The translations under genes were made by a program, and so were the position numbers. Shown here piece by piece: positions 28,164 through 40,958 of a stretch of 64,000 nt of DNA. Where the stretch lies: positions 59,967 to 123,966 of the forward strand of contig CAVUMZ010000010.1 of assembly GCA_963742705.1 (NCBI GenBank), written 5' to 3'. The notes below the pieces were generated by a model. That model was given only the letters and a program-made list of their open reading frames with translations. It did not search any database and was not told where the DNA came from. Positions within the stretch are counted from its first letter, which is position 1; each line of letters opens with the position of its first letter. The stretch comes from an uncultured Solirubrobacterales bacterium. Its GTDB lineage: Bacteria; Actinomycetota; Thermoleophilia; Solirubrobacterales; Solirubrobacteraceae.

Positions 28164-30386
28164 ATGCGCAGACTTGCCCGGTGGTGCGTCGTGCACCGGC
28201 GCGTCGTCATCGTCGTCTGGCTGATCGCCCTGGTCGCGCTGACCGGCGCCAAGCAGTCGATCGGCACCGACTACAAGGACACCTTCGACCTCAGCGGCAC
28301 CCAGAGCTTCGACGCGCTGAACCTGCTCCGCGCCTCGGCGCCGAAGGCGGCCGGCGATACCGAGCAGATCGTGATCGCCGCGAAGACCGGCAGCGTCCGC
28401 GACCCGGCTGTGCGCGCCCGCATCGCGCCGATGCTCGCCCGGCTCGCCAAGCTGCCCGACGTCGCCAGCGTCAGCTCCCCGTACGCCAAGGCCGGCGCCC
28501 AGCAGATCTCCCACGACGGCACCGTCGCCTTCGCCGAGGTCAAGCTGACCAAGGAATCGATCAAGATCCTCCAGCCGGAGGCCAAGCGGTTCGTCAACGC
28601 CGCGCGCGGCGCCGCCAGCCCCCAGGTCGAGGTCGAGGTCTCCGGTCAGGTCGCACAGCTGGCCGAGCAGACACAGGCGGCCAGCACCGGCATCGGCGCC
28701 TTCGCGGCGCTCGTCGTCCTGCTGCTCGTGTTCGGGTCGGCGCTGGCGGCCACAACCCCGCTGGTCACTACGGGCGTCGCCCTGGGCGTCGGCACCGCCG
28801 TGATCGGGCTGCTGTCCCACGTCATCAACATGGCCTCGTTCTCCTCGCAGCTCTCGCTCCTGATCGGGCTCGGCGTCGGCGTCGACTACGCCCTCTTCAT
28901 CGTCACCCGCATGCGCCAGGGGATCGGACGCGGCAAGGACGTGCCCGACGCGATCGTCGACGCGGTCGACACGTCCGGCCGGGCCGTGATGTTCGCGGGC
29001 ATCACCGTGTGCATCGCCCTGCTCGGCATGTTCGCCCTCGGCGTCAGCTTCCTCTACGGCGTGGCGATCGCCGCGAGCATCACCGTCGCCTTCACCGTTC
29101 TCGCCGCGCTGACGTTCCTGCCCGCCATGCTCGGCTTCATCGGCCCGCGCGTGCTCTCGCGCCGCCAGCGCCGCAAGCTCACGGCGTCGGGCCCCCGGCC
29201 CGAGGTCGCCACCGACGGCTTCTGGGCCCGCTGGAGCGCCGCGATCAGCGCCCGACCCGCCCTGTTTGCCACCGTCGCGGCCGTCCTCATCGCCGTCATC
29301 GCCATCCCCTTCTTCTCGATGCGCCTCGGCTCGTCCGACAACGGCAGCGACCCGACCAACACGACGACCCGCAAGGCCTACGACCTCCTCGCCAAGGGCT
29401 TCGGCCCGGGCTACAACGGCCCGCTCCAGCTCGTCGCCAAGGTCGACGATCCTGCCCAGCGAGCCGCGTTCGAGCGGGTCCGCGAGGCCGCCGCCGCGAC
29501 GCCCGGCGTGGTCGCGGCCACCCCGACGTCCGTGCTCGGCGCCACCCCGACCGGCGGCGGCGTGGCGATCGCCGACGTCTATCCGAAGGGCTCGCCTCAG
29601 GACGCGTCGACGACGACCCTGCTCGACGACCTGCGCGGCCATGTCGTTCCGTCCGCAACCAGCGCCGGCCTGCGCGTGCTCGTCGGCGGCCAGACGGCGA
29701 TCTTCGAGGACTTCAGCCAGGTCCTCTCGAGCAAGCTGCCGCTGTTCATCGGCGTCGTCGTCCTGCTCAGCTTCCTGCTGCTCACGGCCGTCTTCCGCAG
29801 TCTCGTGATCCCGGCGATGGCCGCGGTGATGAACCTGCTCTCGGCCGGCGCCGCCTTCGGCGTGATCACCGCCGTCTTCCAGGACGGCTTCGCCGCCGGG
29901 GTCTTCGGCATCGACAAGACCGGTCCGATCGAGGCCTTCGTGCCCGTGTTGATGTTCGCGATCCTCTTCGGCCTGTCGATGGACTACGAGGTCTTCCTCG
30001 TCAGCCGCATCTACGAGGAATGGCGGCGCAGCGGCGAGAACCGCCTGGCGATCACGCGCGGGCTGGCGGCGACGGGCCGCACGATCACGGCCGCCGCGGC
30101 GATCATGATCCTCGTCTTCGGCGCCTTCATCCTCGGCGGCGAGCGGATCATCGAGCTGTTCGGGCTCGGCCTGGCCAGCGCCGTCGCGCTCGACGCGCTG
30201 ATCGTCCGCTCGGCGCTCGTCCCGGCCCTGATGATGCTCTGCGGCGACGCCAACTGGAAGCTCCCGCGCCTGCTCGAGCGGGCGCTGCCACGCCTGAACG
30301 TCGAGGGCAGCGTCGACCACGACGCCGCCCCGCCGGCCACCGCGCCCGGCCCCGGCACGCTCACCCCGGACCCGAGCGCCGCCTGA
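28164..30386 (+). CDS. MMPL-family (RND superfamily) membrane transporter
   Basis: Start at MRRLARWCVVHRRVVIVVWL (ATG 28164). It has two 6-TM bundles with GVGVDYALFIVTRMR and GLSMDYEVFLVSRI, typical of MmpL proteins. Confidence 0.9.
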   Translation: MRRLARWCVVHRRVVIVVWLIALVALTGAKQSIGTDYKDTFDLSGTQSFDALNLLRASAPKAAGDTEQIVIAAKTGSVRDPAVRARIAPMLARLAKLPDVASVSSPYAKAGAQQISHDGTVAFAEVKLTKESIKILQPEAKRFVNAARGAASPQVEVEVSGQVAQLAEQTQAASTGIGAFAALVVLLLVFGSALAATTPLVTTGVALGVGTAVIGLLSHVINMASFSSQLSLLIGLGVGVDYALFIVTRMRQGIGRGKDVPDAIVDAVDTSGRAVMFAGITVCIALLGMFALGVSFLYGVAIAASITVAFTVLAALTFLPAMLGFIGPRVLSRRQRRKLTASGPRPEVATDGFWARWSAAISARPALFATVAAVLIAVIAIPFFSMRLGSSDNGSDPTNTTTRKAYDLLAKGFGPGYNGPLQLVAKVDDPAQRAAFERVREAAAATPGVVAATPTSVLGATPTGGGVAIADVYPKGSPQDASTTTLLDDLRGHVVPSATSAGLRVLVGGQTAIFEDFSQVLSSKLPLFIGVVVLLSFLLLTAVFRSLVIPAMAAVMNLLSAGAAFGVITAVFQDGFAAGVFGIDKTGPIEAFVPVLMFAILFGLSMDYEVFLVSRIYEEWRRSGENRLAITRGLAATGRTITAAAAIMILVFGAFILGGERIIELFGLGLASAVALDALIVRSALVPALMMLCGDANWKLPRLLERALPRLNVEGSVDHDAAPPATAPGPGTLTPDPSAA

Positions 30387-30392
30387 CCGACC

Positions 30393-30741
30393 TCAGGCTG
30401 GGGCGAGCGTGCCCTGGTGGTAGATCGCCCGCCAGTCCCCGGCCGCCCGCTCCCATAGCGTCGCCCGGCGGCTGCGCCGCTCGCCCTGGGCGAGCGTGTA
30501 GGTCACGAGGTAGGTCTGGGCGCCGAGCTCGCGGCAGTCGAAGTCGCTGACCTCCCACGCGTCCTCGTGCGGGCCGGCGGTGGCGCTCCGCGAGCCCGTC
30601 GAGCACCTCGGCACGGGTGTAGCGGCGACCGGATGCCCCGACCTCCCAGAAGTCCGTCGTCGTCATCGCGGCGAAGTCGCCGCCGAGCTCGGGGCGGTGG
30701 AAGAGCGGCTCGCGCGCCCGGAGCTCCTCGATCGGGTTCAC
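30393..30741 (-). pseudogene. NTF2-like / DUF4440-type small protein, disrupted by a frameshift
   Basis: Two overlapping minus-strand ORFs in different frames together rebuild one domain. ORF 30361..30741 gives MNPIEELRAREPLFHRPE..FWEVGASGRRYTRAEVLDGLAER. ORF 30393..30614 gives ..GPHEDAWEVSDFDCRELGAQTYLVTYTLAQGERRSRRATLWERAAGDWRAIYHQGT. The frame switch is near 30575-30595. Confidence 0.6.
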
Positions 30742-30762
30742 CCGACCGAGACTAGTGCACTA

Positions 30763-30802
30763 TTGACATCGGCGCTGGATCTGCTATAAAGACACTTAGA
30801 TC
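30763..30802 (+). promoter_or_regulatory. clpB promoter (-35 TTGACA, -10 TATAAA) with GATCT..AGATC inverted repeat
   Basis: TTGACA (30763-68), 16 nt, TATAAA (30785-90). GATCT (30778-82), N15, AGATC (30798-802). The ATG at 30805 leaves a leader of only a few nt. Confidence 0.45.
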
Positions 30803-30804
30803 TT

Positions 30805-33374
<2,570 letters not shown>

Positions 33375-33378
<4 letters not shown>

Positions 33379-34022
33379 GCGCCGACCGCGACCTTCAGCA
33401 CGATCCGCGGCCGGCTGGCGGCGCCGAAGCGCTTGTGCAGGTCGAACTGGAGCTGCCACGCCCCGCGGCCGACGCGCAGCGGGAAGAGCCGGTGGCGGAT
33501 GCTCTGGAGGCTCCCGCAGACGCCGCGCGTGCGCCCGATCGGCGTGCTCAGGCGCAAGCGGCCGACCGGGTCGACGTAGTGGATCCAGACGAGTGCCCCC
33601 GCGCGTGCCGAGAGGCCGATGCCGTCGACGGTGTAGCGCACCCGCAGCGACCGCGGATCTCCGGTGGCCGGCGCGAACGACGCCCCGAACGCCGTCGTGC
33701 GGAAGCCGATGCCTGCCTGCAGCGCCCCGTCGGCGACCACGACGCGGTGGATCACCTGGTGCATCCCGGCCGGCACCCCGCCGCTCGACAGCCGCCCCGC
33801 CATCGTTCCGTCGGATCGCACGAGCCCGGTGCCCAGGAGCGTCCGGTCGAGCATCACGCTGTAGCGGTCGGCCGGCTGGAAGCCGCTGCCGGTCACGCGC
33901 ACCTCCTGCCCCGGCAGGTAGCAGCGCAGGGCCGTCCGGATCGCCGGCACCGGGGCGTCGGCGGCGGCAAAGCCCGGAGTGAGCGGGGCCGCGGCGGCGA
34001 GCAGGGCGAGCTGGAGGCGCAT
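33375..34022 (-). CDS. Secreted hypothetical protein
   Basis: 215 aa with signal peptide [21 protein letters not shown]. No recognisable motif. Its stop overlaps the clpB stop within CCTAGG. Confidence 0.6.
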
Positions 34023-34136
34023 CGCCCCCGAAGGTTACGCGCGCCCGCCGGCGTCGCCGCCGACGGCCCGTGCGGTGCCGCGCCGGGCGATCAGGTAGAA
34101 ACGACTCAGATAGCAACGCCGCTCAAGGGAGGGCAG

Positions 34137-34418
34137 ATGCCGACTTACGTGATGCTTTGCACGCTGACGCCGGAGGGAGTGCAGACGATCAAGAACAACC
34201 CCAGGCGGATCCTCGAGGTCAACCAGGAGGTCGAACAGCTCGGGGCCCGAGTGGTCGCCCAGTGGGCCACGCTCGGCCACTTCGACTTCATCAACATCAT
34301 CGAGGCCCCCGGCGATTCGGAGATGGCCCGGATCTCACTCGAGCTCGGCTCCCGAGGCACGGCCCGCTACGAGACGCTCGCGGCGATTCCGATCGACGAC
34401 TTCATCGCCTCGCTGTGA
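34137..34418 (+). CDS. GYD-domain protein
   Basis: MPTYVMLCTLTPEGVQTIKNNPRRI..GHFDFINIIEAPGD matches the GYD family pattern. SD GGGAGGG lies upstream of ATG 34137. Confidence 0.8.
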   Translation: MPTYVMLCTLTPEGVQTIKNNPRRILEVNQEVEQLGARVVAQWATLGHFDFINIIEAPGDSEMARISLELGSRGTARYETLAAIPIDDFIASL

Positions 34419-35695
34419 CCGACGCCCCACCCCGCGTTCTCGTGGTCGGCGGCGGCGGACGCGAGCACGCGCTCATCCGGGCGCTCGCCCGCTCGCCCCA
34501 GCGGCCGGAGCTCGTCTGCGCCCCCGGCAACGCGGGGATCGACGCCGACGCCGTGGTCGCGGCGATCGCGACCGACGACCTCGACGCCCTGGTCGGCCTG
34601 GCGCTCGACCAGCGCGTCGACCTCGTCGTCGTCGGCCCCGAGGGGCCGCTCGTCGCCGGGCTCGTCGACGCGCTCGGCGCGGCCGGCATCCCCGCCTTCG
34701 GGCCGACCGCCGCCGCCGCCCGGCTCGAGGGCTCCAAGCAGTTCGCCAAGGAGGCGCTGGTCGAGGCCGGCGTGCCGACCGCCGCCTGGACGCCGGTTCG
34801 CACCGTCGCCGACGGCATCGCCGCGATCGACGCCTACCCCGTGGTGATCAAGGCCGACGGGCTCGCCGCCGGCAAGGGCGTCGTGATCGCCGCGGACGCC
34901 GCCGCCGCCCGGACGGCGCTCGAGGAGCTGCTCGACGCCCACCGCTTCGACACCGAGCTGGTGCTCGTCGAGGAGTGCCTCGTCGGCGTCGAGGTCTCCC
35001 TGCTGGCGCTGTGCGACGGCGAGCGCGCCGTGCCGCTGGCGCCGGCCCAGGACTACAAGCGCATCTTCGACGGCGACGCCGGGCCGAACACCGGCGGCAT
35101 GGGCTCCTACTCGCCGGTCGCCTGGATCGACGACGCCGGCGCCGAGCGGCTTACCGACGCGATCCACCAGCCGGTCGTCGACCTGATGCGCCGCCGCGGC
35201 ACCCCGTTCCACGGCGTCCTCTACGCCGGCCTGATGCTGACCGGGAAGGGTCCGATCGTGCTCGAGCTGAACGCCCGCTTCGGCGACCCCGAGACCCAGG
35301 CCGTGCTGCCCCGCCTGCGCAGCGACCTGCTCGACCTGCTGACCCGGTCGACGCGCCCCGGCGGCCTCGCCGGCGCCCGGCTCGACTGGTCGCGCGAATG
35401 CGCGGTGACCGTCGTCCTGGCCAGCCGCGGCTACCCGGAGTCGTCGTCCAGCGGCGACGAGATCCGCGGCCTCGGCGACGTCGACGCCGCAGTCGAGGTC
35501 ACCCACGCCGGGACCGCCCGCGCCGGCGAGCGCGTGCTGACCGCCGGCGGGCGCGTGCTCAACCTGACCGCGCTCGGCGACGACCCGGCCGCCGCCCGGG
35601 CGGCCGCATATGCTGCGGCTGACGTGATCGACTTCGACGGCAAACAGTTGCGGCGCGACATCGCCGTCCCGGCGCGCGGCCCGGTGCCGGCGTGA
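34415..35695 (+). CDS. purD: Phosphoribosylamine-glycine ligase
   Basis: GTG 34415 overlaps the GYD stop (GTGA). RVLVVGGGGREHAL, ATP-grasp motifs and NARFGDPETQ are present. Confidence 0.93.
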   Translation: MTDAPPRVLVVGGGGREHALIRALARSPQRPELVCAPGNAGIDADAVVAAIATDDLDALVGLALDQRVDLVVVGPEGPLVAGLVDALGAAGIPAFGPTAAAARLEGSKQFAKEALVEAGVPTAAWTPVRTVADGIAAIDAYPVVIKADGLAAGKGVVIAADAAAARTALEELLDAHRFDTELVLVEECLVGVEVSLLALCDGERAVPLAPAQDYKRIFDGDAGPNTGGMGSYSPVAWIDDAGAERLTDAIHQPVVDLMRRRGTPFHGVLYAGLMLTGKGPIVLELNARFGDPETQAVLPRLRSDLLDLLTRSTRPGGLAGARLDWSRECAVTVVLASRGYPESSSSGDEIRGLGDVDAAVEVTHAGTARAGERVLTAGGRVLNLTALGDDPAAARAAAYAAADVIDFDGKQLRRDIAVPARGPVPA

Positions 35696-36261
35696 ACCCG
35701 GGGCGACCCGCGGCCAGGCCGCCGGAGACGTCGACGGAGCCGGCGGAGACCCAGCCGCTCGGCGACCCCGAGGTCGCCGAGACCCTCGCCGAGCTCGAGG
35801 ACATCCCCGTTGACAGCCCGCTCGTCGGGATCGTGATGGGCTCGCGCAGCGACGTCGACACGATGCACGCCGCCGCCAAGGAGCTCGACCAGCGCGCCAT
35901 CAGCTACGAGGTGCGCGTTATGTCGGCCCACCGCGAGCCCGACACGGTGGCCGACTACTCGAAGACCGCGCGGATGCGCGGCCTGCGCGTGATCATCGCC
36001 GGCGCCGGCCTCTCGGCCGCGCTCCCCGGCGTGGTCGCCGCCCACACCGACCTGCCGGTGATCGGCGTGCCGCTCTCGAGCCGGCTCTCGGTCTCCGGCG
36101 GCCTCGACGCCATCCTCTCGATCGTCCAGATGCCGCCCGGCGTCCCGGTCGGCTGCGTCGGCCTCGACAACGCCCGCAACGCCGCGGTGCTCGCCGCCCG
36201 CATCCTCGGCGTCAGCGACCGCCCGCCGCCGTCCGGCGGACGGCCGACGGCGCTCAGCTGA
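35692..36261 (+). CDS. purE: N5-CAIR mutase (PurE) with ~45-aa acidic N-terminal extension
   Basis: The core is VGIVMGSRSDVDTM..MSAHREPD..IAGAGLSAALPGVVAA..PVIGVP. The GTG overlaps the purD stop (GTGA). No purK lies next to it in this window. Confidence 0.9.
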   Translation: MNPGRPAARPPETSTEPAETQPLGDPEVAETLAELEDIPVDSPLVGIVMGSRSDVDTMHAAAKELDQRAISYEVRVMSAHREPDTVADYSKTARMRGLRVIIAGAGLSAALPGVVAAHTDLPVIGVPLSSRLSVSGGLDAILSIVQMPPGVPVGCVGLDNARNAAVLAARILGVSDRPPPSGGRPTALS

Positions 36262-36586
36262 GCCGCGGCCGGCGGACTGGACGGGCAGCCGATCGAGCCC
36301 GCGACGCCGGATGCCGATGCCCGGCTGGTGAGCAAATTTCCCGCCGGTCGGCTCGGATCGGCTCCGCGCCTACTAGAATCATCTCTGCCGGATGCGACAC
36401 GGATACGCGCGGGCGGGCGGCGGGGTCGCTGCCGAGCCACGTTTCTCCGGCGCGCGTCGAACCCGCGCGCCCGGCAACCCACGCCTTTTGGGCAGTACGC
36501 CTCCAAGCTCATGGAGCCTGAGGGTGGCGCCTCGAACGCGGAACCGACCGGCGACCTCACCTACATCGATGGCAGGAGAAGCTGAA

Positions 36587-37705
36587 ATGTCCGTAGCTGA
36601 ACTTCAGGAGCTTCAAGAGCTCGACGAGGTCAAGGCCCTCATCGCCCGCGGCCAGCAGGTCGGCGTGCTCACCTACGCCGAGATCCAGGGAGCCGTCTCC
36701 CAGCTCGCCCTCGACGAGACCGACCTCGAGGAGCTGCACGGCTTCTTCGAGCGGTCGGAGATCGAGCTGGTCGAGGAGATCGACCCGGCCACGGCCGCCG
36801 GCAGCGAGGTCGAACGGGCGCCCGACAAGCGCACGCGCGGCCGGGCCAAGACCGGCCTCGACCTGACCGCCGCGATGACGACCGACTCGCTCCAGCTCTT
36901 CCTCAAGGGAATCGGCAAGGTCCGCCTGCTGACCGCCCAGGAGGAGATCGACCTGGCCAAGCGGATCGAGCGCGGCGATCTGGACGCCAAGCAGCGCATG
37001 GTCGAGTCCAACCTGCGCCTGGTCGTGTCGATCGCCAAGAACTACCGCAACCAGGGCCTGCCGTTCCTCGACCTGATCCAGGAGGGCACGCTCGGCCTCG
37101 TGCGCGCCGCGGAGAAGTTCGACTACCGCAAGGGCTTCAAGTTCTCGACCTACGCGACCTGGTGGATCCGCCAGGCGATCGCCCGGGCCCTGGCCGACAA
37201 GGCGCGGACGATCCGGATCCCGGTCCACGTCGTCGAGAAGCTCAACAAGATCGGCCGCGCCGAGCGCAAGCTCGTGACCGAGCTCGGCCGCGAGCCGACC
37301 CCCCACGAGATCGCCGTCGTCACCGGCATCGATCCCGACGAGGTCGACTCGATCAAGCGCTCCGCCCAGGCGCCGATCTCGCTGGAGAAGCCGGTCGGCG
37401 ACGAGGACGGGTCCGAGTTCGGCCAGTTCATCGCCGACGAGCAGTCCGAGTCGCCGTACGAGCGGGCCGCGGAGATCCTGACCAAGGAGGCGCTGCGGGA
37501 GGCGCTCGAAAGCCTGAGCTACCGCGAGCGTCGGGTGCTCGAGCTGCGCTACGGCCTCGGCGGTGAGCATCCCCGGACGCTCGACGAGGTCGGCCGGACG
37601 TTCAACGTCACGCGTGAGCGGATCCGTCAGATCGAGAACCAGTCGCTGAAGAAGCTGCAGAGCCTGGACGTCGCGCAAAAGCTGCGCGAGACGGCCATGG
37701 CGTGA
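36587..37705 (+). CDS. rpoD: Principal-type RNA polymerase sigma factor (group 1/2 sigma-70)
   Basis: Regions 1.2-4.2 are present: [64 protein letters not shown] lies 6 nt upstream of ATG 36587. Alternative ATG at 36569. Confidence 0.93.
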   Translation: MSVAELQELQELDEVKALIARGQQVGVLTYAEIQGAVSQLALDETDLEELHGFFERSEIELVEEIDPATAAGSEVERAPDKRTRGRAKTGLDLTAAMTTDSLQLFLKGIGKVRLLTAQEEIDLAKRIERGDLDAKQRMVESNLRLVVSIAKNYRNQGLPFLDLIQEGTLGLVRAAEKFDYRKGFKFSTYATWWIRQAIARALADKARTIRIPVHVVEKLNKIGRAERKLVTELGREPTPHEIAVVTGIDPDEVDSIKRSAQAPISLEKPVGDEDGSEFGQFIADEQSESPYERAAEILTKEALREALESLSYRERRVLELRYGLGGEHPRTLDEVGRTFNVTRERIRQIENQSLKKLQSLDVAQKLRETAMA

Positions 37706-39333
37706 GCAACGCCGCAGGCGCCGTCGCCGACCCCGTCGCCGGGCGTGGGGTCGCCGACACCGCCGCGGCGATCGGCCGGGAGGCGGCCCGGCGGCGGACG
37801 TTCGCGATCATCTCGCACCCGGACGCCGGCAAGACGACACTGACGGAGAAGCTGCTGCTCTACGGCGGCGCCGTCGCCGAGGCCGGCGCCGTCCACGCCC
37901 GCCGCAACCGCCGGGCGTCGAAGTCCGACTGGATGGCGCTCGAGCAGGAGCGCGGCATATCCGTCACCTCGACGGTGCTCCGCTTCCGCCACGACGACAC
38001 GGTCTTCAACCTGCTGGACACCCCCGGCCACCACGACTTCTCCGAGGACACGCTCCGCGTGCTCGCGGCCGCCGACTCCGCCGTGATGCTGCTGGATGCG
38101 GCGAAGGGCGTCGAGGCCCAGACGCTGCGGCTGTTCGAGGTCGCCCGCGCTCGCGGCATCCCCCTGATCACGTTTGTCAACAAGTACGACCGCCCGGGCA
38201 TGGAGCCGCTCGAGATGCTCGACCACATCGAGCAGACGCTCGACCTCCAGCCGGTGCCGATGACCTGGCCGGTCGGGATCGCCGGCGACTTCCGCGGCGT
38301 GGTCGAGCGCGCGACCGGCGAATTTCACCGCTTCACGCGGTCGACCGGCGGAGCCACGCGCGCGGCGCGGGAGCTGCTCTCGCCCGAGCAGGCCGCGCTC
38401 GCCGAGCCCGACGCCTGGCCGACCGCCGCCGAGGAGCTCGAGCTGCTCGACGCCGTCGTCAGCCAGCTCGACCCCGCCGCGTTCGCCACCGGCCGCGCCA
38501 CGCCCGTCTTCTTCGGCTCGGCCGTCTCGAACTTCGGCGTCGGGCTCCTGCTCGAGGCGCTCCACAAGCTCGCCCCGGCGCCCACCGAACGACCCGACGA
38601 CGCCGGCGTTCCCCGCCCGATCGACGCGGCCTTCTCCGGCCTCGTGTTCAAGGTCCAGGCCAACATGGACCCGCGCCACCGCGATCGCGTCGCCTTCATG
38701 CGCGTCTGCTCCGGGCGCTTCGAGCGCGGCATGCGCGCGACCAACGCCCGCACCGGCCGACCGTTCGCGCTGACCCACGCCCACGAGGTCTTCGGCCAGG
38801 ACCGCGCCGTGCTCGACGAGGCGTTCCCCGGCGATGTCGTCGGGGTCATCAACGCCAGCGAGCTGCGCGTCGGCGACACGCTCTACGTCGACGAGCCCGT
38901 CGCCTTCCCGCCGATCCCGACGCTCGCGCCCGAGTACTTCGTCAGCGTCCGCAACCGCGACTCGACCCGCCACAAGCAGTTTCACCGCGGTCTCGCCCAG
39001 CTCGCCGAGGAGGGCGTCGTCCACGTCCTGCGACGCGGCGGCACCGCCGACCCGATGCCTGTCCTCGCCGGCGTCGGCCCGCTCCAGTTCGAGGTCGCCG
39101 TCGACCGGTTGCAGCGCGAGTTCGGGGCGACCGTCGCGCTCGACCCGACGCCGTGGAACGTCGCCCGCCGCACCGACCACGCCGGCGCGGAGGTCGTGCG
39201 CGCCAACTCGCACGCCGACGTCCTCGTCCGCAGCGACGGCACCGAGCTCGCCCTGTTCACCAGCGAGTTCATGCTCGACCGCTTCGCCCGGGCCCACCCC
39301 GAGGTCCTGCTCGAGCGGATGCTGACCCGCTGA
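37702..39333 (+). CDS. prfC: Peptide chain release factor 3 (translational GTPase)
   Basis: [30 protein letters not shown] and NKYD. GTG 37702 overlaps the sigma-gene stop (GTGA). Confidence 0.9.
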   Translation: MSNAAGAVADPVAGRGVADTAAAIGREAARRRTFAIISHPDAGKTTLTEKLLLYGGAVAEAGAVHARRNRRASKSDWMALEQERGISVTSTVLRFRHDDTVFNLLDTPGHHDFSEDTLRVLAAADSAVMLLDAAKGVEAQTLRLFEVARARGIPLITFVNKYDRPGMEPLEMLDHIEQTLDLQPVPMTWPVGIAGDFRGVVERATGEFHRFTRSTGGATRAARELLSPEQAALAEPDAWPTAAEELELLDAVVSQLDPAAFATGRATPVFFGSAVSNFGVGLLLEALHKLAPAPTERPDDAGVPRPIDAAFSGLVFKVQANMDPRHRDRVAFMRVCSGRFERGMRATNARTGRPFALTHAHEVFGQDRAVLDEAFPGDVVGVINASELRVGDTLYVDEPVAFPPIPTLAPEYFVSVRNRDSTRHKQFHRGLAQLAEEGVVHVLRRGGTADPMPVLAGVGPLQFEVAVDRLQREFGATVALDPTPWNVARRTDHAGAEVVRANSHADVLVRSDGTELALFTSEFMLDRFARAHPEVLLERMLTR

Positions 39334-39358
39334 GCGCCCTCCCCGGCACCCCAGGGCC

Positions 39359-39379
39359 GACCGCCGGCCGACGGCGGTC
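39359..39379 (+). terminator. Hairpin downstream of prfC (possible terminator)
   Basis: GACCGCC-ggccgac-GGCGGTC, 7-8 bp, 25 nt after the prfC stop. No U-tract. Confidence 0.3.
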
Positions 39380-39397
39380 AACTGGGATGATCCCGGC

Positions 39398-40675
39398 GTG
39401 ATCGACCGCTACACGCGTCCGGAGATCGGCGCCCTCTGGACCGACCAGGCGCGCATGGACGCCTGGCGCCGCGTCGAGATCGCCGCCGCGCAGGAGCTCG
39501 ACGGGCCGACGGCCGACGAGCTCGACGCGATCCGCGCCGCGAGCTTCACCGTCGCCGCCGTGGCGGCGCGCGAGGCGATCACCGACCACGACGTCGCCGC
39601 CTTCGTCGACGTCCTCGCCGCCTCGGTCGGGCCGGCCGGCCGCTGGATCCACTACGGACTGACCTCATCCGACGTGCTCGACACCGCGCTCGGCCTGCAG
39701 CTGCGCGCCGCCGGCGAGATCGTCGTGGTCGGCGCCCGCGAGCTCGTCGCCGCGCTCGCCGCCCAGGCCCGCGCCCACACGCTCACCCTGTGTGTCGGCC
39801 GCACCCACGGGATCCACGCCGAGCCGACGACGTTCGGAGTCAAGCTCGCGGGATTCGCGTTCGAGGCGCACCGCAATGCCGAGCGCCTCCAGCGCGCATT
39901 CGAACAGGCATCGGTCGGGGCGATCTCGGGCGCGGTGGGCACCTACGCCGCGAACAGCCCGGATTACGAGCGCCGGGTGCTCGCGCGCCTGGGGATCGGG
40001 GCCGAGTCGGTCTCCACGCAGGTCGTCGCCCGCGACCGCCACGCCGAGCTGCTCGGCGCGATCGCGCTCGCCGGCGCCGGGCTCGAGCGCCTGGCGACCG
40101 AGGTCCGTCACCTCCAGCGGACCGAGCTGCTCGAGGCGAGCGAGCCGTTTCGGACCGGCGCGCAGAAGGGCTCGTCGGCGATGCCGCACAAGCGCAACCC
40201 GATCGTCAGCGAGCGCATCACCGGCCTGGCCCGCGTGCTGCGGGGCAACGCCCAGGCCGCGCTCGAGAACGTGGCGCTCTGGCACGAGCGCGACATCTCC
40301 CACTCGGGCGTCGAGCGCGTCATCCTCCCCGACTCGACGATCCTGCTCGACTACATGCAGCACCTCGCGCTGCGGGTCGTCCGCGGGTTGGTGATCGACC
40401 CCGAGCGTATGCTCGAGAACCTCGAGCTGACGCACGGCGCGCTGTTTTCCCAGCCGCTGCTGCTGGCGTTGGTCGCCGGGGGGATGACGCGCGACGACGC
40501 CTACCGGCTCGTCCAGGACGCCGCCCAGCGGGCCTGGCGCGAGCGCGTGCCGCTGCGCGGGCTGATCGCCGGCGATCCCGCCGTCGCCGGGATCGACCTC
40601 GACGCGATCTTCGATTACGCGCAGTTCACGCGCAACGCCGCCGAGATCGTCGGCCGCCTCGATCAGATCGACTGA
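39398..40675 (+). CDS. purB: Adenylosuccinate lyase
   Basis: MIDRYTRPEIGALW.., HYGLTSSDV, and the signature SSAMPHKRNP. Confidence 0.93.
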   Translation: MIDRYTRPEIGALWTDQARMDAWRRVEIAAAQELDGPTADELDAIRAASFTVAAVAAREAITDHDVAAFVDVLAASVGPAGRWIHYGLTSSDVLDTALGLQLRAAGEIVVVGARELVAALAAQARAHTLTLCVGRTHGIHAEPTTFGVKLAGFAFEAHRNAERLQRAFEQASVGAISGAVGTYAANSPDYERRVLARLGIGAESVSTQVVARDRHAELLGAIALAGAGLERLATEVRHLQRTELLEASEPFRTGAQKGSSAMPHKRNPIVSERITGLARVLRGNAQAALENVALWHERDISHSGVERVILPDSTILLDYMQHLALRVVRGLVIDPERMLENLELTHGALFSQPLLLALVAGGMTRDDAYRLVQDAAQRAWRERVPLRGLIAGDPAVAGIDLDAIFDYAQFTRNAAEIVGRLDQID

Positions 40676-40727
40676 ACATCCGGCTGGGCCGGCGCATTTT
40701 CTGGAAGCCCCACGGTATGTTCCTCAA

Positions 40728-40937
40728 ATGAGCGATCTGGACGACGAGGTCATCGGCATGACAGCAACTGTCACCCTCGCCGTCGATCCAAAGCGTCCCG
40801 GCGAGGTGATGATCGCGATCCGCGGCGGCACCGAGGCGTTCACCGCCGTCTCGGACGAGCCGATCGCCAAGCACACCCGGGTGGTCGTCGTCGACCACCT
40901 GTCCGCCCGCACCGTGAGCGTCACCCCGCTTCCCTGA
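40728..40937 (+). CDS. NfeD-like OB-fold domain protein (no TM segment)
   Basis: 69 aa. IGMTATVTLAVDPKRPGEVMIAIRGGTEAFTAVSDEPIAKHTRVVVVD fits the NfeD C-terminal OB pattern. It lies directly upstream of a flotillin gene. Confidence 0.65.
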   Translation: MSDLDDEVIGMTATVTLAVDPKRPGEVMIAIRGGTEAFTAVSDEPIAKHTRVVVVDHLSARTVSVTPLP

Positions 40938-40958
40938 GTTCTCTCCGAAAGGTCGCTG

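Noticed and set aside
27753-30320. Very long alternative-frame and antisense ORFs. Examples are the 855-aa ORF antisense to the MMPL gene, 23763..25775 antisense to dnaK, 30820..33015 antisense to clpB, 46323..48689 antisense to purL, 852..2369 and 2540..3925.
   Set aside because: They are Arg/Pro/Gly/Ala-rich low-complexity translations lying opposite or out of frame to genes with unmistakable conserved motifs. Such shadow ORFs are expected in very GC-rich DNA because stop codons are rare.
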